NCBI RefSeq assembly: GCF_902713615.1
Contig: NC_052158.1
Span: 20,518,546-20,582,545 of the forward strand
Source: Scyliorhinus canicula
Lineage: Eukaryota
DNA: 64,000 nt
Direction: 5' to 3'
Shown here: positions 23,154 to 33,830 of the stretch, one piece after another
How the letters are laid out: each line of letters starts with the position of its first letter
How positions within the stretch are numbered: the first letter of the stretch is position 1
Made by a program: the position numbers and the translations under genes
Notes under the pieces: generated by a model
Seen by the model: the letters and a program-made list of their open reading frames with translations, nothing else
Told to the model about the DNA's origin: nothing
The model's database searches: none

Positions 23154-23852
23154 GGGCGGGATTCTGCCGTAATCGGCGGGGCGGGTAACTCCAGCGCGAC
23201 GGAGTAGCGTGAACCACTCCGGCGTCGGGCCGCCCCAAACGTGCGGAATCCTCCGCACCTTCAGGGGCTAGGCCTACCCCGGAGTGGTTAGCGCCGGCCA
23301 GTGGGAAAGGGGCTTAGCACCATGCCAACCGGTGCCGAAGGGCCTCCGCCGGCTGGCGCGAGTTGCCGCATGCACGGGAGCGCCAGCGTGTGTTGGCGTC
23401 ATCCACGCGCATGCACAGAGGGCTTTGTTTCCGCACCGGCAATGGTGGACTGCTGCAGCCGCCGGTGCGGAACAATAGAGTGCCCCCACGGCACAGGCCC
23501 GCCGGCGGATCAGTGGGCCCTGATCGCGGGCCAAGCCACGGTGGGGGCACCTCCCATGGCCAGATCCCCCTGCGCCCCCTTCCGAGAACCCCGGAGGCCG
23601 CCCGCGCCGCCAGGTCTTGCCGGTAAGGGACCTACTCCAATTTACACTGGCGGGCCTGGCAAAAAACGGGCGGGACTTCGACCCATCGCGGGCCGCAGAA
23701 TTCGGGCAGCCCCGGGGCCCTTTGAGTCGCGCCGGTCCCCGCCATTCTCCGAGGCGGGCGGCGTGATTCATGCCAGGCCGATTTTTGAGGGGCCGGAGAA
23801 TTTGGGGGTCGGCGGGGGCGGGATTCACGCCGACCCCTGGCGATTCCCGCCC
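23154..23852. mobile_element. GC-rich MITE (~700 bp)
   Basis: GGGCGGGATT ... ATTCCCGCCC termini; CpG-rich interior. Confidence 0.75.
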
Positions 23853-24170
23853 AGGGTGAGCAAAGTGCCATTGACACCAGGCAAAAGGGAATGGTTATGG
23901 TAATGGGAGAAGTAAAGAAACAAAACATAAGAACATAAGAACTAGGAGCAGGAGTAGGCCATCTGGCCCCTCGAGCCTGCTCCGCCATTTAATGAGTTCA
24001 CGGCTGACCTTTTGTGGACTCAGCTCTACTTTCCGGCCCGAACACCATAACCCCTAATCCCTTTATTCTTCAAAAAAACTATCCATCTTTATCTTAAAAA
24101 CATTTAATGAAGGAGCCTCTACTGCTTCACTGGGCAAGAAATTTGATAGATTCACAACCCTTTGGGTGAA

Positions 24171-24760
24171 GAACAGTACAGGCCCTTCGGCCCTCGATGT
24201 TGCGCCAACCTGTGAAACCACTCTAAAGCCCATCTACACTATTCCCTTATCATCCATATGTTTATCCAATGACCATTTGAATGCCCTTAGTGTTGGCGAG
24301 TCCACTACTGTTGCAGGCAGGGCATTCCACGCCCTTACTACTCTCTGAGTAAAGAACCTACCTCTGACATCTGTCCTATATCTATCTCCCCTCAATTTAA
24401 AGCTATATCCCCTCGTGCTATACATCACCATCCGAGGAAAAGGGCTCTCACTGTCCACCCTATCTAATCTCTGATCATCTTGTATGCCTCAATTAAGACA
24501 CCTCTTAACCTTCTTTCTAACAAAAACAGCCTCAAGTCCCTCAGCCTTCCCTCATAAGATCTTCCCTCCATACCAGGGAACATCCTGGTAAATCTCCTCT
24601 GCACCCTTTCCAATGCTTCCACATCCTTCCTGTAATGCGGCGACCAGAATTGCACGCAATACTCCATATGCGGCCGCACCAGAGTTTTGTACAGCTGCAA
24701 CATGACCTCATGGCTCCGAAACTCAATCCCTCTACCAATAAAAGCTAACACACCGTACGA
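24171..24760 (-). mobile_element. Second CR1 subfamily 3' end nested in CR1
   Basis: LYKTLVRPHMEYCVQFWSPHYRKDVEALERVQRRFTRM; splits GGGTGAAGAA|GTTCCTCC of the host CR1. Confidence 0.88.
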
Positions 24761-24897
24761 CTTCTTAAGTTCCTCCTAAACTCAGTCCTAAATCTACTTC
24801 CCCTTATTTTGAGGCTGTGTCCCCTAGTTCTGCTTTCACCCGCAAGTGGAAACAACCTGTCCACATCTATCCTATCTACTCCCTTCATACTCCCTTT

Positions 24898-25240
24898 ATA
24901 GAACATAGAACAGTACAGCACAGAACAGGCCCTTCGGCCCTTGATGTTGTGCCGAGCAATGATCACCCTACTCAAACCCATGTATCCACCCTATACCCGT
25001 AACCCAACAACTCCCCCCCTTAACCTTACTATTAGGACACTACGGGCAATTTATCATGGCCAATCCACCTAACCCGCACATCTTTGGACTGTGGGAGGAA
25101 ACCTGAGCACCCGGAGGAAACCCACGCACACACGGGGAGGACGTGCAGACTCCACACAGACAGTGACCCAGCCAGGAATCGAACCTGCGACCCTGGAGCT
25201 GTGAAGCATTTATGCTAACCACCATGCTACCGTGCTGCCC
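24898..25240 (-). mobile_element. HE1-type V-SINE nested in CR1
   Basis: Reverse-complement head, core and tail. Confidence 0.9.
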
Positions 25241-25247
25241 CACGTTT

Positions 25248-26735
25248 CTATAAGATCCCCCCCATCCTTCTCAATTCCAATGAGTACAGTCCCAGTCTAC
25301 TCAACCTCTCCTCGTAATCCAACCCCTTCAGCTCTGGGATTAACCTAGTGAATCTCCTCTGCACACCCTCCAGCGCCAGTACGTCCTTTCTCAAGTAAGG
25401 AGACCAAAACTGAACACAATACTCCAGGTGTGGCCTCACTAACACCTTATACAATTGCAGCATAACCTCCCTAGTCTTAAACTCCATCCCTCTAGCAATG
25501 AAGGACAAAATTCCATTTGCCTTCTTAATCACCTGTTGCACCTGTAAACCAACTTTCTGCGACTCATGCACTAGCACACCCAGGTCTCTCTGCGCAGTGG
25601 CATGCTTTAATATTTTATCATTTAAATAATAATCCATTTTGCTGTTATTCCTACCAAAATGGATAACCTCACATTTGTCAACATTGTATTCCATCTGCCA
25701 GACCCTAGCCCATTCACTTAAACTGTCCAAATCCCTCTGCAGTCTTCCAGTATCTTCTGCACTTTTCGCTTTACCAATCATCTTAGTGTCATCTGCAAAC
25801 TTGGACACATTGCTCTTGGTCCCCAACTCCAAATCATCTATGTAAATTGTGAACAATTGTGGGCCCAACACTGATCCCTGAGGGACATCATGAGCTACTG
25901 ATTGCCAACCAGAGAAACACCCATTAATCCCCACTCTTTGCTTTCTATTAATTAACCAATCCTCTATCCATGCTACTACTTTACCCTTAATGCCATGCTT
26001 CTTTATCTTATGCAGCAACCTTTTGTGTGGCACCTTGTCAAAGGCTTTCTGGAAATCCTGATATACCACATCCATTGGTTCCCCGTTATCTACCGCACTG
26101 GTAATGTCCTCAAAAAATTCCACTCAATTAGTTAGGCACGACCTTCCCTTTATGAACCCATGCTGCGTCTGCCCAATGGGACAATTTCTATCCAGATGCC
26201 TCGCTATTTCTTCCTTGATGATAGATTCCAGCATCTTCCCTACTACTGAAGTTACGCTCACTGGCCTATAATTACCCGCTCTCTGCCTACCTCCTTTTTT
26301 AAACAGCGGTGTCACGTTTGCTAATTTCCAATCCGCCGGGACCACCCCAGAGTCTTGTGAATTTTGGTAAATTATAACTCGTGCATTTGAAATTTCCCTA
26401 GCCATCTCCTTTAGCACTCTGGGATGCATTCCATCAGGGCCAGGAGACTTGTCTACATTTAGCCCCGTTAGCTTGCCCATCACTACCTCCTTAGTGATAA
26501 CAATCCTCTCAAGGTCCTCACCTGTCATAGCCTCATTTCTATCAGTCGCTGGCATGTTATTTGTGTCTTCCACTGTGAAGACCGACCCAAAAAACCTGTT
26601 CAGTTCCTCAGCCATTTCCTCATCTCCCATTATTAAAACTCCCTTCACATCCTGACCAATATTTACCTTAGCCACTCTTTTTTGTTTTATATATTTGTAG
26701 AAACTTTTACTGTCTGTTTTTATATTCTGAGCAAG
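25248..26735 (-). pseudogene. CR1 ORF2 reverse transcriptase, one premature stop
   Basis: [40 protein letters not shown] motifs. Confidence 0.93.
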
Positions 26736-27377
26736 GACGTGTGACTGGAAGCAACAGGCCAAGTGACACCCAGCACCTGCTGACTGATTTTAAAAAAGGA
26801 AGCAGTGAATCTGATCTGAAATCGTTGAGCTCAACGTGGAGCTTTGAAAGGTTGTGAAGTGTTGAAATGAAAATGAGATGTTGATCTCTGAGCAAGTGTC
26901 AAAGCTGTTCTACAGTGCTATGCAAGTGCTAAATGGTATTGATGCCAGCTTATATTGCTCGTATTAGGTTTCTCACCCCAAACATGTTATGAATGTGACA
27001 TTTAACTTGAAGTAAATGAAACTACTGTGGCTGCTGTAGCAGAAATAAAGGGGTCAGGCAAGATCTATACAGAGAGAGAAAAATTGAGTTAATGGTTCAC
27101 GCTTGTTCTTTTCTGTTGCGCTTCATCGGAGCAGTGTAGAAAGACGAGGACAGAGAGGTCAGAGTGGGAGTGGGACAGAAACTTTTAGAGACAATAATCC
27201 AGAACAAAATTCATTATCACTTGGGGGGAAAGTATTTTAATAAATAGTAACCAACATGGATTTGTGAAATACACATTGTGTTTGGCGAACCTGATTGGGT
27301 TATCGATGAAATAGCACAGGTGACTGATGTGTTTGCTGTTGTATATACGAATTTACAATGTACACAGCGTGGAAATA

Positions 27378-27955
27378 CAAAAGAACAAAGAACAAAGAAA
27401 AGTACAGCACTGGAACAGGCCCTTCGGCCCTCCAAGCCCGTGCCAACCATGCTGCCCGTCTAAACTAAAATCTTCTACACTTCCTGGGACCGTATCTCTC
27501 TATTCCCATCCTATTCATGTATTTGGCAAGATGCCCCTTAAATGTCACTATAGTCCCTGCTTCCACCACCTCATCCAGCAGCGAGTTTCAGGCACCCACT
27601 CCCCTCAGTGTAAAAAACTTGCCTCGTACATCTACTCTAAACCATGCCCCTCGCACCTTAAACCTATGCCCCCTTGTAATTGACCCCTCTACCCTGGGGA
27701 AAAGCCTCTGACTATCCACTCTGTCTATGCCCCTCATAATTTTGTAGACCTCTAGGTCGCCCCTCAACCTCCGTCGTTCCAGTGAGAACAAACCAAGTTT
27801 ATTCAAACGCTCCTCATAGCTAATGCCCTCCATACCAGGTAACTTCCTGTTAAATCTCTTCTTCCCCCTCTCTAAAGCCTCCACATCCTTCTGGTAGTGT
27901 GGCGACCAGAATTGAACACTATACTCCAAGTGTGGCCTCACTAAGGTTCTACAAT
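27378..27955 (-). mobile_element. CR1 LINE 3' end
   Basis: LVRPHLEYSVQFWSPHYQKDVEAL; (TTCTTTG)n tail. Confidence 0.88.
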
Positions 27956-28012
27956 TGACCAGAGGACAGAAAGCAGAGAATAGTGCCAAACAGTTGTTGT
28001 TCAGACTGAATT

Positions 28013-28172
28013 AGTACTGATTTAGCTCAGGGGGCTAGACAGCTGGTTTGTGATGCAGAATAAGGCCAGCAGCGCGGGTTCAATTCCCGTACCAGCTTAC
28101 CCGAACAGGCAGCCGAATGTGGCGACCAGGGGCATTTCACAGTAACGTCATACTTGCGACAATGAAAGGTTA
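28013..28172 (+). mobile_element. Short SINE family 2
   Basis: TTTAGCTCAGGGGGCTAGACAGCTGG...GGTTCAATTCCCGTACCAGC. Confidence 0.75.
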
Positions 28173-28517
28173 AGGGCAGCAGGGTAGCATGGTGGTTAGC
28201 ATAAATGCTTCACAGCTCCAGGGTCCCAGGTTCGATTCCCGGCTGGGTCACTGTCTGTGTGGAGTCTGCACGTCCTCCCCCTGTGTGCGTGGGTTTCCTC
28301 CGGGTGCTCCGGTTTCCTCCCACAGTCCAAAGATGTGCGGGTTAGGTGGATTGGCCATGCTAAATTGCCCGTAGTGTCCTAATAAAAGTAAGGTTAAGGG
28401 GGGGCTTGTTGTGTTACGGGTATAGGGTGGATATGTGGGTTTGAGTAGGGTGATCATGGCTCGGCACAACATTGAGGGCCGAAGGGCCTGTTTTGTGCTG
28501 TACTGTTCTATGTTCTA
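28173..28517 (+). mobile_element. HE1-type V-SINE
   Basis: Full head, core and tail. Confidence 0.9.
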
Positions 28518-28519
28518 CG

Positions 28520-29130
28520 AAGGGATGATCTCCCAGGGCTCAATAATAGGACCGCTGCTCTTTTTGATATATATCAATGTCCTGGACTTGGGTGTTGAGG
28601 AGATATTTCAAAATTTGCATATTGTACGAATCTCAAGACTGTGAGGAGAGTAACAGACTTCAGGAGGACACAGAATGGTGAAATGGGCAGGTACATGACA
28701 GATTAAATTTAATACACAGAAGTGTGAGGTGATATATCTTGACAGCAAGAAAGAGAGGAGGCAAATGTTACTATTACAAAGGGGTGCAGGAACAGAGCCC
28801 ACCGGTTGAAAATACACATGTCTTTGAAGGTGGCAGAATAAGTTTAAAATCAGCTAAAAATCAGATCTGGTTTTTGACTTTATAAAGGAAGTTCAGCAAA
28901 ACCTTTTCCAAACACAGGTTCAGCCCCAGCAGGATTATTTTGCTTGATTCTGGCCACAGAGCTTTAGGGTGGATGCCACAGAGAGGGTGGAGCAGACATT
29001 TACCAGATATGTGGGACTTCAGTTAGGTGAAGAGAAAGGTCACAGGAGATCTAACAGTGGTGTTTGAAACTATGAAGGGTTTTGATTCGGGAAATAAGGA
29101 GAAACTGTTTCCAGTGACAGAAGGGCCAAT
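28520..29130 (+). mobile_element. Old degenerate CR1 RT fragment
   Basis: SQGSIIGPLLFLIYINVLD, a degenerate PQGSVLGP region. Confidence 0.65.
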
Positions 29131-29142
29131 AACAGAAGGTTA

Positions 29143-29400
29143 TGATAATAATCTTTATTTGTGTCACAAGTATGCTTACAATAACACTGCAACAAAGTTA
29201 CTGTGAAAATTCCCCAGTTGCGACACATCGGCACCAGTTCGTGTACACAGAGGGAGAATTCAGAATGCGCAATTCACCTAACAGCACATCTTTCAGGACT
29301 GTGGGAGGAAACCGGAGCACCCGGAGGAAACTCACACAGCCATGAGAAGAACGTGCAGACTCTGCAAAGACAGTGACCCAAGCCGGGAATCGAACCTTGA
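29143..29400 (-). mobile_element. HE1-head SINE with alternative tail
   Basis: ATAATAATCTTTATT.GTGTCACAAGTA.GCTTACA tail plus reverse-complement core. Confidence 0.85.
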
Positions 29401-29733
29401 GGCATTAGCTTGTGGTGTGATCTGAAATGCGTTGCCTGAAAGTGTGGTGGAAACAGATTCTAGAATTGGATAAATGTTTGAATCGGAAAGATTTACACAG
29501 CTATGATGACAGAGGAGGGGCAATGAGATCAATTGGACAATATTTTCAAAGAGCTGACATGAGCTGTATGGCCTCTTCCTGTGCTGAATCACTCTATGAT
29601 TTTTTGATTGTTGTAAGTGGGAGCTTACTGTGCTCAAATCACCCTACATTACAAAATTGACCACTAGTCAGGTGTACTCGATGATTGGGACAGCTTGAGG
29701 TTTTGGACTATGCTATATATATACTGTATATCA

Positions 29734-30056
29734 TAGAACATAGAACATACAGTACAGAAGGAGGCCATTCGGCCCATTGAGTCTGCACTGACCCACTTGA
29801 GCCCTCACTTCCACCCTATCCCCGTCACCCAATAACCCCTCCTAACCTTTTTGGACACTAAGGGCAATTTAGCATGGCCAATCCACCTAACCTGCACGTC
29901 TTTGGACTGTGGGAGGAAACCGGAGCACCCGGAGGAAACCCACGCAGACAGGGGGAGAACGTGCAGACTCCACACAGACAGTGATCCAGCGGGGAATCAA
30001 ACCTGGGACCCTGGCGCTGTGAAGCCACAGTGCGATCCACTTGTGCTACTGTGCTG
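29734..30056 (-). mobile_element. HE1-type V-SINE
   Basis: Reverse-complement head, core and tail. Confidence 0.9.
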
Positions 30057-30499
30057 CGTGATCACAGAATCACAGCATATTGCTTTGCAAATGGAGATAA
30101 TTCAACTCAGTGAACAGTGGAGTTAAGCCAATACCCCATTCTTTCACCAGTGCCTGAAACTATTTTTCTCCTTTAATTATTTATCTAGTTCTACTTTGAA
30201 TGCATTTCCACTGCTTTTTCGGTCAAAACATTCCAAATTTTAATGATAACCACTTCCAAATATTGTTCCCTCTGTTGCTGTTGATCCCACGTGCCAATCA
30301 CCTTAAATCTGTGACCTCTGCTCAGCAACCCTTCCTCAGTGAATATAGTTTCTCTTTGTTAACTCTGCCCAAACCCTGAATGATTTTGAAAATGTCCCTC
30401 GGCTCTCCTGGTCTCTGCTACTCCAAGCAGAACAAGAAGGTTTTAAAGTGACTAGCAAATGCAATTCTGCGTTTGGTGTCCCCGATCCAGATCAGAAGC

Positions 30500-30890
30500 C
30501 AGCGCCCACTCGCTTGTACATGACTATCTGCTCAGTTGCAGCAGCACACGTTTACATGTGGTTTCGGTGAGCTGAATAGCGAAGCATTGGGTACGACAGG
30601 AAGCTCAAACGTCACTGAGTTGCTGATGCATGTCCACGGGAGGTTCACAGAGCCTCCGAGTACTGAGAACCCGAACGGAGGAACCTCGGCAGCTGGGGTG
30701 GGCGACTGAGCAGTCTACACGTGAAACCTCTCGCTGCGCCCTTGTATCAGCAGACGCTGCAGTCTCCGAGCGGTTGGGGTCGATGGCCTGTCTCAAAAGG
30801 TCATGTGCAGAATGTTCCACTGCACCGACTGCTGAAGCCAAAATCGTCGTCACTTTCAATAAGCGAAGGCAAATGTGAATTGAGAAGAGG
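30500..30890 (-). pseudogene. Degenerate Gypsy gag N-terminal remnant
   Basis: ILASAVGAVEHSAHDLLRQAIDPNRSET resembles gag 'ILL..VG...Y.LLR.L..P..P.T'. Confidence 0.4.
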
Positions 30891-31229
30891 CCATTTGCTC
30901 CTTAGAACAAATATGACTTGCCCCATTCCAAGCTGTGGCTACACTACACTCTTACACTGACACCGAGCAGACATTAACCTGGCAAACTCACCTACTGTCT
31001 GATCGAAGTGAAGCCGAGTGGCAGGAGCTTCCGTCTGAGAAGGTAGTAGTGTATGAAACTGGTGAAGGCCATTCAGCCTCTTGTGCTGGTTCCATGTTTT
31101 CCCCATTTTACTTCCTATTCTTGTCTGTCGGAACTCTATCCCAGTTAATGAAGAAAGCTATAATTGTCTCCAGTATCCACAAGCTTTTGGGAGAGGCTGT
31201 ATCAGATTCCCACTGCCATTTTGTGTGAA

Positions 31230-31372
31230 AGAGCGCAATGCAGGTAACGTGGGGTTATGGAGTATCAGAAATAGGCTGGGGAGTGGGCCGAGGTAGGGTG
31301 CTCGTTTGGAGGGTCTGTACAGATTTGATGGGCCAAATGGCCTCCTTCTGCAGGGTAGGGATTCTATAGATT
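31230..31372 (+). mobile_element. 5'-truncated HE1-type SINE tail
   Basis: GGGCCAAATGGCCTCCTTCTGCA...GATTCTATAGATTC. Confidence 0.75.
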
Positions 31373-31704
31373 CAAACACCTGACAGCCTCCAGGCACAGT
31401 CCCCTCCCTCCAAACATAGCTCTTGCCATCAAAAACAGCCCACTGCCCTTAAACACAGCCCACTGCACTCCAAACCTTTACTCTCCAAGCACAGTCCCTA
31501 CTCTTTAGACACAGTCCCGTGCACTCAAAACACAGCCCTTGACGCTAAACACAGTACCTATTCTTCCCTGAGCTCAAAACACAGACCCTGCCCTGGAAAC
31601 ACAGTACCTATTCTTCCCTGCGAATTCTGCCCTCAAAACCTTTACTCTCTAAACACAGTCCCATGCACTCAAAACACAGCCCTTGATGCTAAACACAGTA
31701 CCTA

Positions 31705-31890
31705 GTGGCTGGTTTAGCTCACTCAGCTAAATTGCTGGCTTTTAAAGCAGACCAAGCAGGCCAGCAGTACGGTTCGATTCCCGTACCAGCCTCCCGGACA
31801 GGCGCCGGAATGTGGCGACTAGGGGCTTTTCACAGTAACTTCATTGAAGCCTACTCGTGACAATAAGCGATTTTCATATTTTTTTTCATA
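31705..31890 (+). mobile_element. Short SINE family 2 inserted in the minisatellite
   Basis: GGCTGGTTTAGCTCACTCAGCTAAATTGCTGG head; (TTTCA)-type tail. Confidence 0.9.
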
Positions 31891-33484
31891 TTCTTCCCTG
31901 AGCTCAAAACACAGACCCTGCCCTGGAAACACAGTCCTCTACTCTTCAATCACAAACCCTGTCCTCCAAACACAGCCTCCTGCCCTCCAAACACAGCTGC
32001 CACCCACCAAACACAGCCCTTTGCCCTTGATACACAGCCCCTTGAGCTTCAAACACAGCCCTTCCCTCCAAAAGAGCCTCCACTGTACAAACAGCCCCGT
32101 GCCCTCCAAACATAGCCGCTACTCTTCAACCAACCACAGTTCTCTGCCCTCCAAACATAATCCCCTGCCCTCCAAACACAGTCCCCTGTCCTCTAAACAC
32201 AGCCCACTGCCCTCCAAACATGGTCCCATTCCCTCTAAACACAGTCCCATGCTCTCCAAACACAGTCCCTTGCCCTCCAAACACGGGCCTCACTTTTCAA
32301 GCACTGTCTCTGCCCTACAAACAATTCCCTGTCCTCCACAAACTGCCCTTACCCACTGTACACAGACCTCTGCCCTCAAATCACTGTCTCCTACCCTCCA
32401 AACTCTTCCCCTACTCTCCAAACACAATCCATATCCTCCAAACAGAGACGCCTGCCCTCCAAGAAAATGTCCCTACTCTAGAAAGTTCCTGACCTCCAAA
32501 CACAGCCTCCAACTGTTTGAACACAGTCCCTATCCTCCAAAGATATTCCCTGCCTCTAAACACATTCCACTGCCCTGCAAACGAAGCCCAAATCTTGAAA
32601 CACAGCCCCTACCCTCAAAACATAGTCCCTACTCCACACATTCCCCTGCCCTCCAAGCACAGGCCCTAATCATCGAACATAGCCCCTACCCTCCAAGCGC
32701 AGTCCACAGTCTTGAAACACAGACCTCTGTACTCCAGTACAACCTAGATACACAGTTCTGTGCCCACCAAACATAATCCTATGTCCATCAACCACAGTCC
32801 CCTTCCCTCCAAACACAGTCCCTTACCCTCCAAGCACAGCACCATACTGTACAAACAGCACTATGCACTCGAAACACAGCCCATGCTGTTCAAATCAAAC
32901 ACTGTCCCTGACCTCCACACATAATCCCATGCTCTCTAAACACAGTCCTCTGCCCTGCAAACACAGCCCTGCCCTCCAAGCACAGCCGTTTCTCTCTAAA
33001 CACAGTCCCTTGCCTTCCAAACACAGCTCCTACCCGCTGTACACAGTCCCATTTCTTCAAATAGAGTCCTGGGCATCCAAATGCAGACTCTACCCTTGAA
33101 ACACAGACTCCTATTCTTCAAACAGTCTCTGCCCTCGAAACACAGTCCCCTGATCTCCAAATACAGTATATTGCCCTCCAGGAAAAGGACCTTACTCTAC
33201 AAACAGTCCCTGACCTCCAAACCCAGCCCCCAATGCTTCAAACACTGTCCATGCCCTACAAAGATAGCCCCTCCCCATAGAACATAGCCCATGCCTTCCA
33301 AAGATATCCTCCACCCTCACACACAGCCCACTGCCCTCAGACATAGCACACTGCCTGCCAAGCACAGCCCCTGTCCTCCAAATGCAGCCCCTTGCTAACC
33401 AAACACAATCACTGCTCTCCAAACACAGCCCCTACTCTTCAAACATAGTCTCTGCCCTCCAAATATCGTCCCTTGCCTGCCAGC

Positions 33485-33830
33485 AGGCAGCACGGTAGCA
33501 TAGTTGTTATCACTATGGTTTCACAGCGCCAGGGTCCCAGGTTCGATTCCCGGCTTGGGTCACTCTGTGTGGAGTCTGCACGGTCTTCCCGTGTCTGCGT
33601 GTGTTGCCTCCGGGTGCTCCGGTTTCCTCCCACAGTCCAAGGATGTGCAGGTTAGGTGGATTGGCCATGCTAAACTGTCCCTTAGGTTTGATGGGGTTGC
33701 TGGCATACAGGGATAGGGTGGAGGAGATGTGGGCTTACGTAGGGTGCTCTTTCCAAGAGCCGGTGCAGACTCAATGGGCCAAATAGCCTCCTTCTGCACT
33801 GTAAATTCTATGATTCGACGATTCTATAAC
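33485..33830 (+). mobile_element. HE1-type V-SINE inserted in the minisatellite
   Basis: Full head, core and tail. Confidence 0.9.

Larger units (their letters stand above)
23925..26735 (-). mobile_element. CR1 LINE 3' ~2 kb, with a nested second CR1 and a SINE
   Basis: (CTTATGTT)n tail; RT ORFs 25248-26123 and 26124-26762 separated by one stop; resumes after the nested insertions. Confidence 0.93.

Noticed and set aside
5077-23903. GC-rich ORFs (5192, 11102, 23274, 23301) as genes
   Set aside because: They lie within MITEs or Tx1 antisense sequence; high GC content suppresses stop codons.
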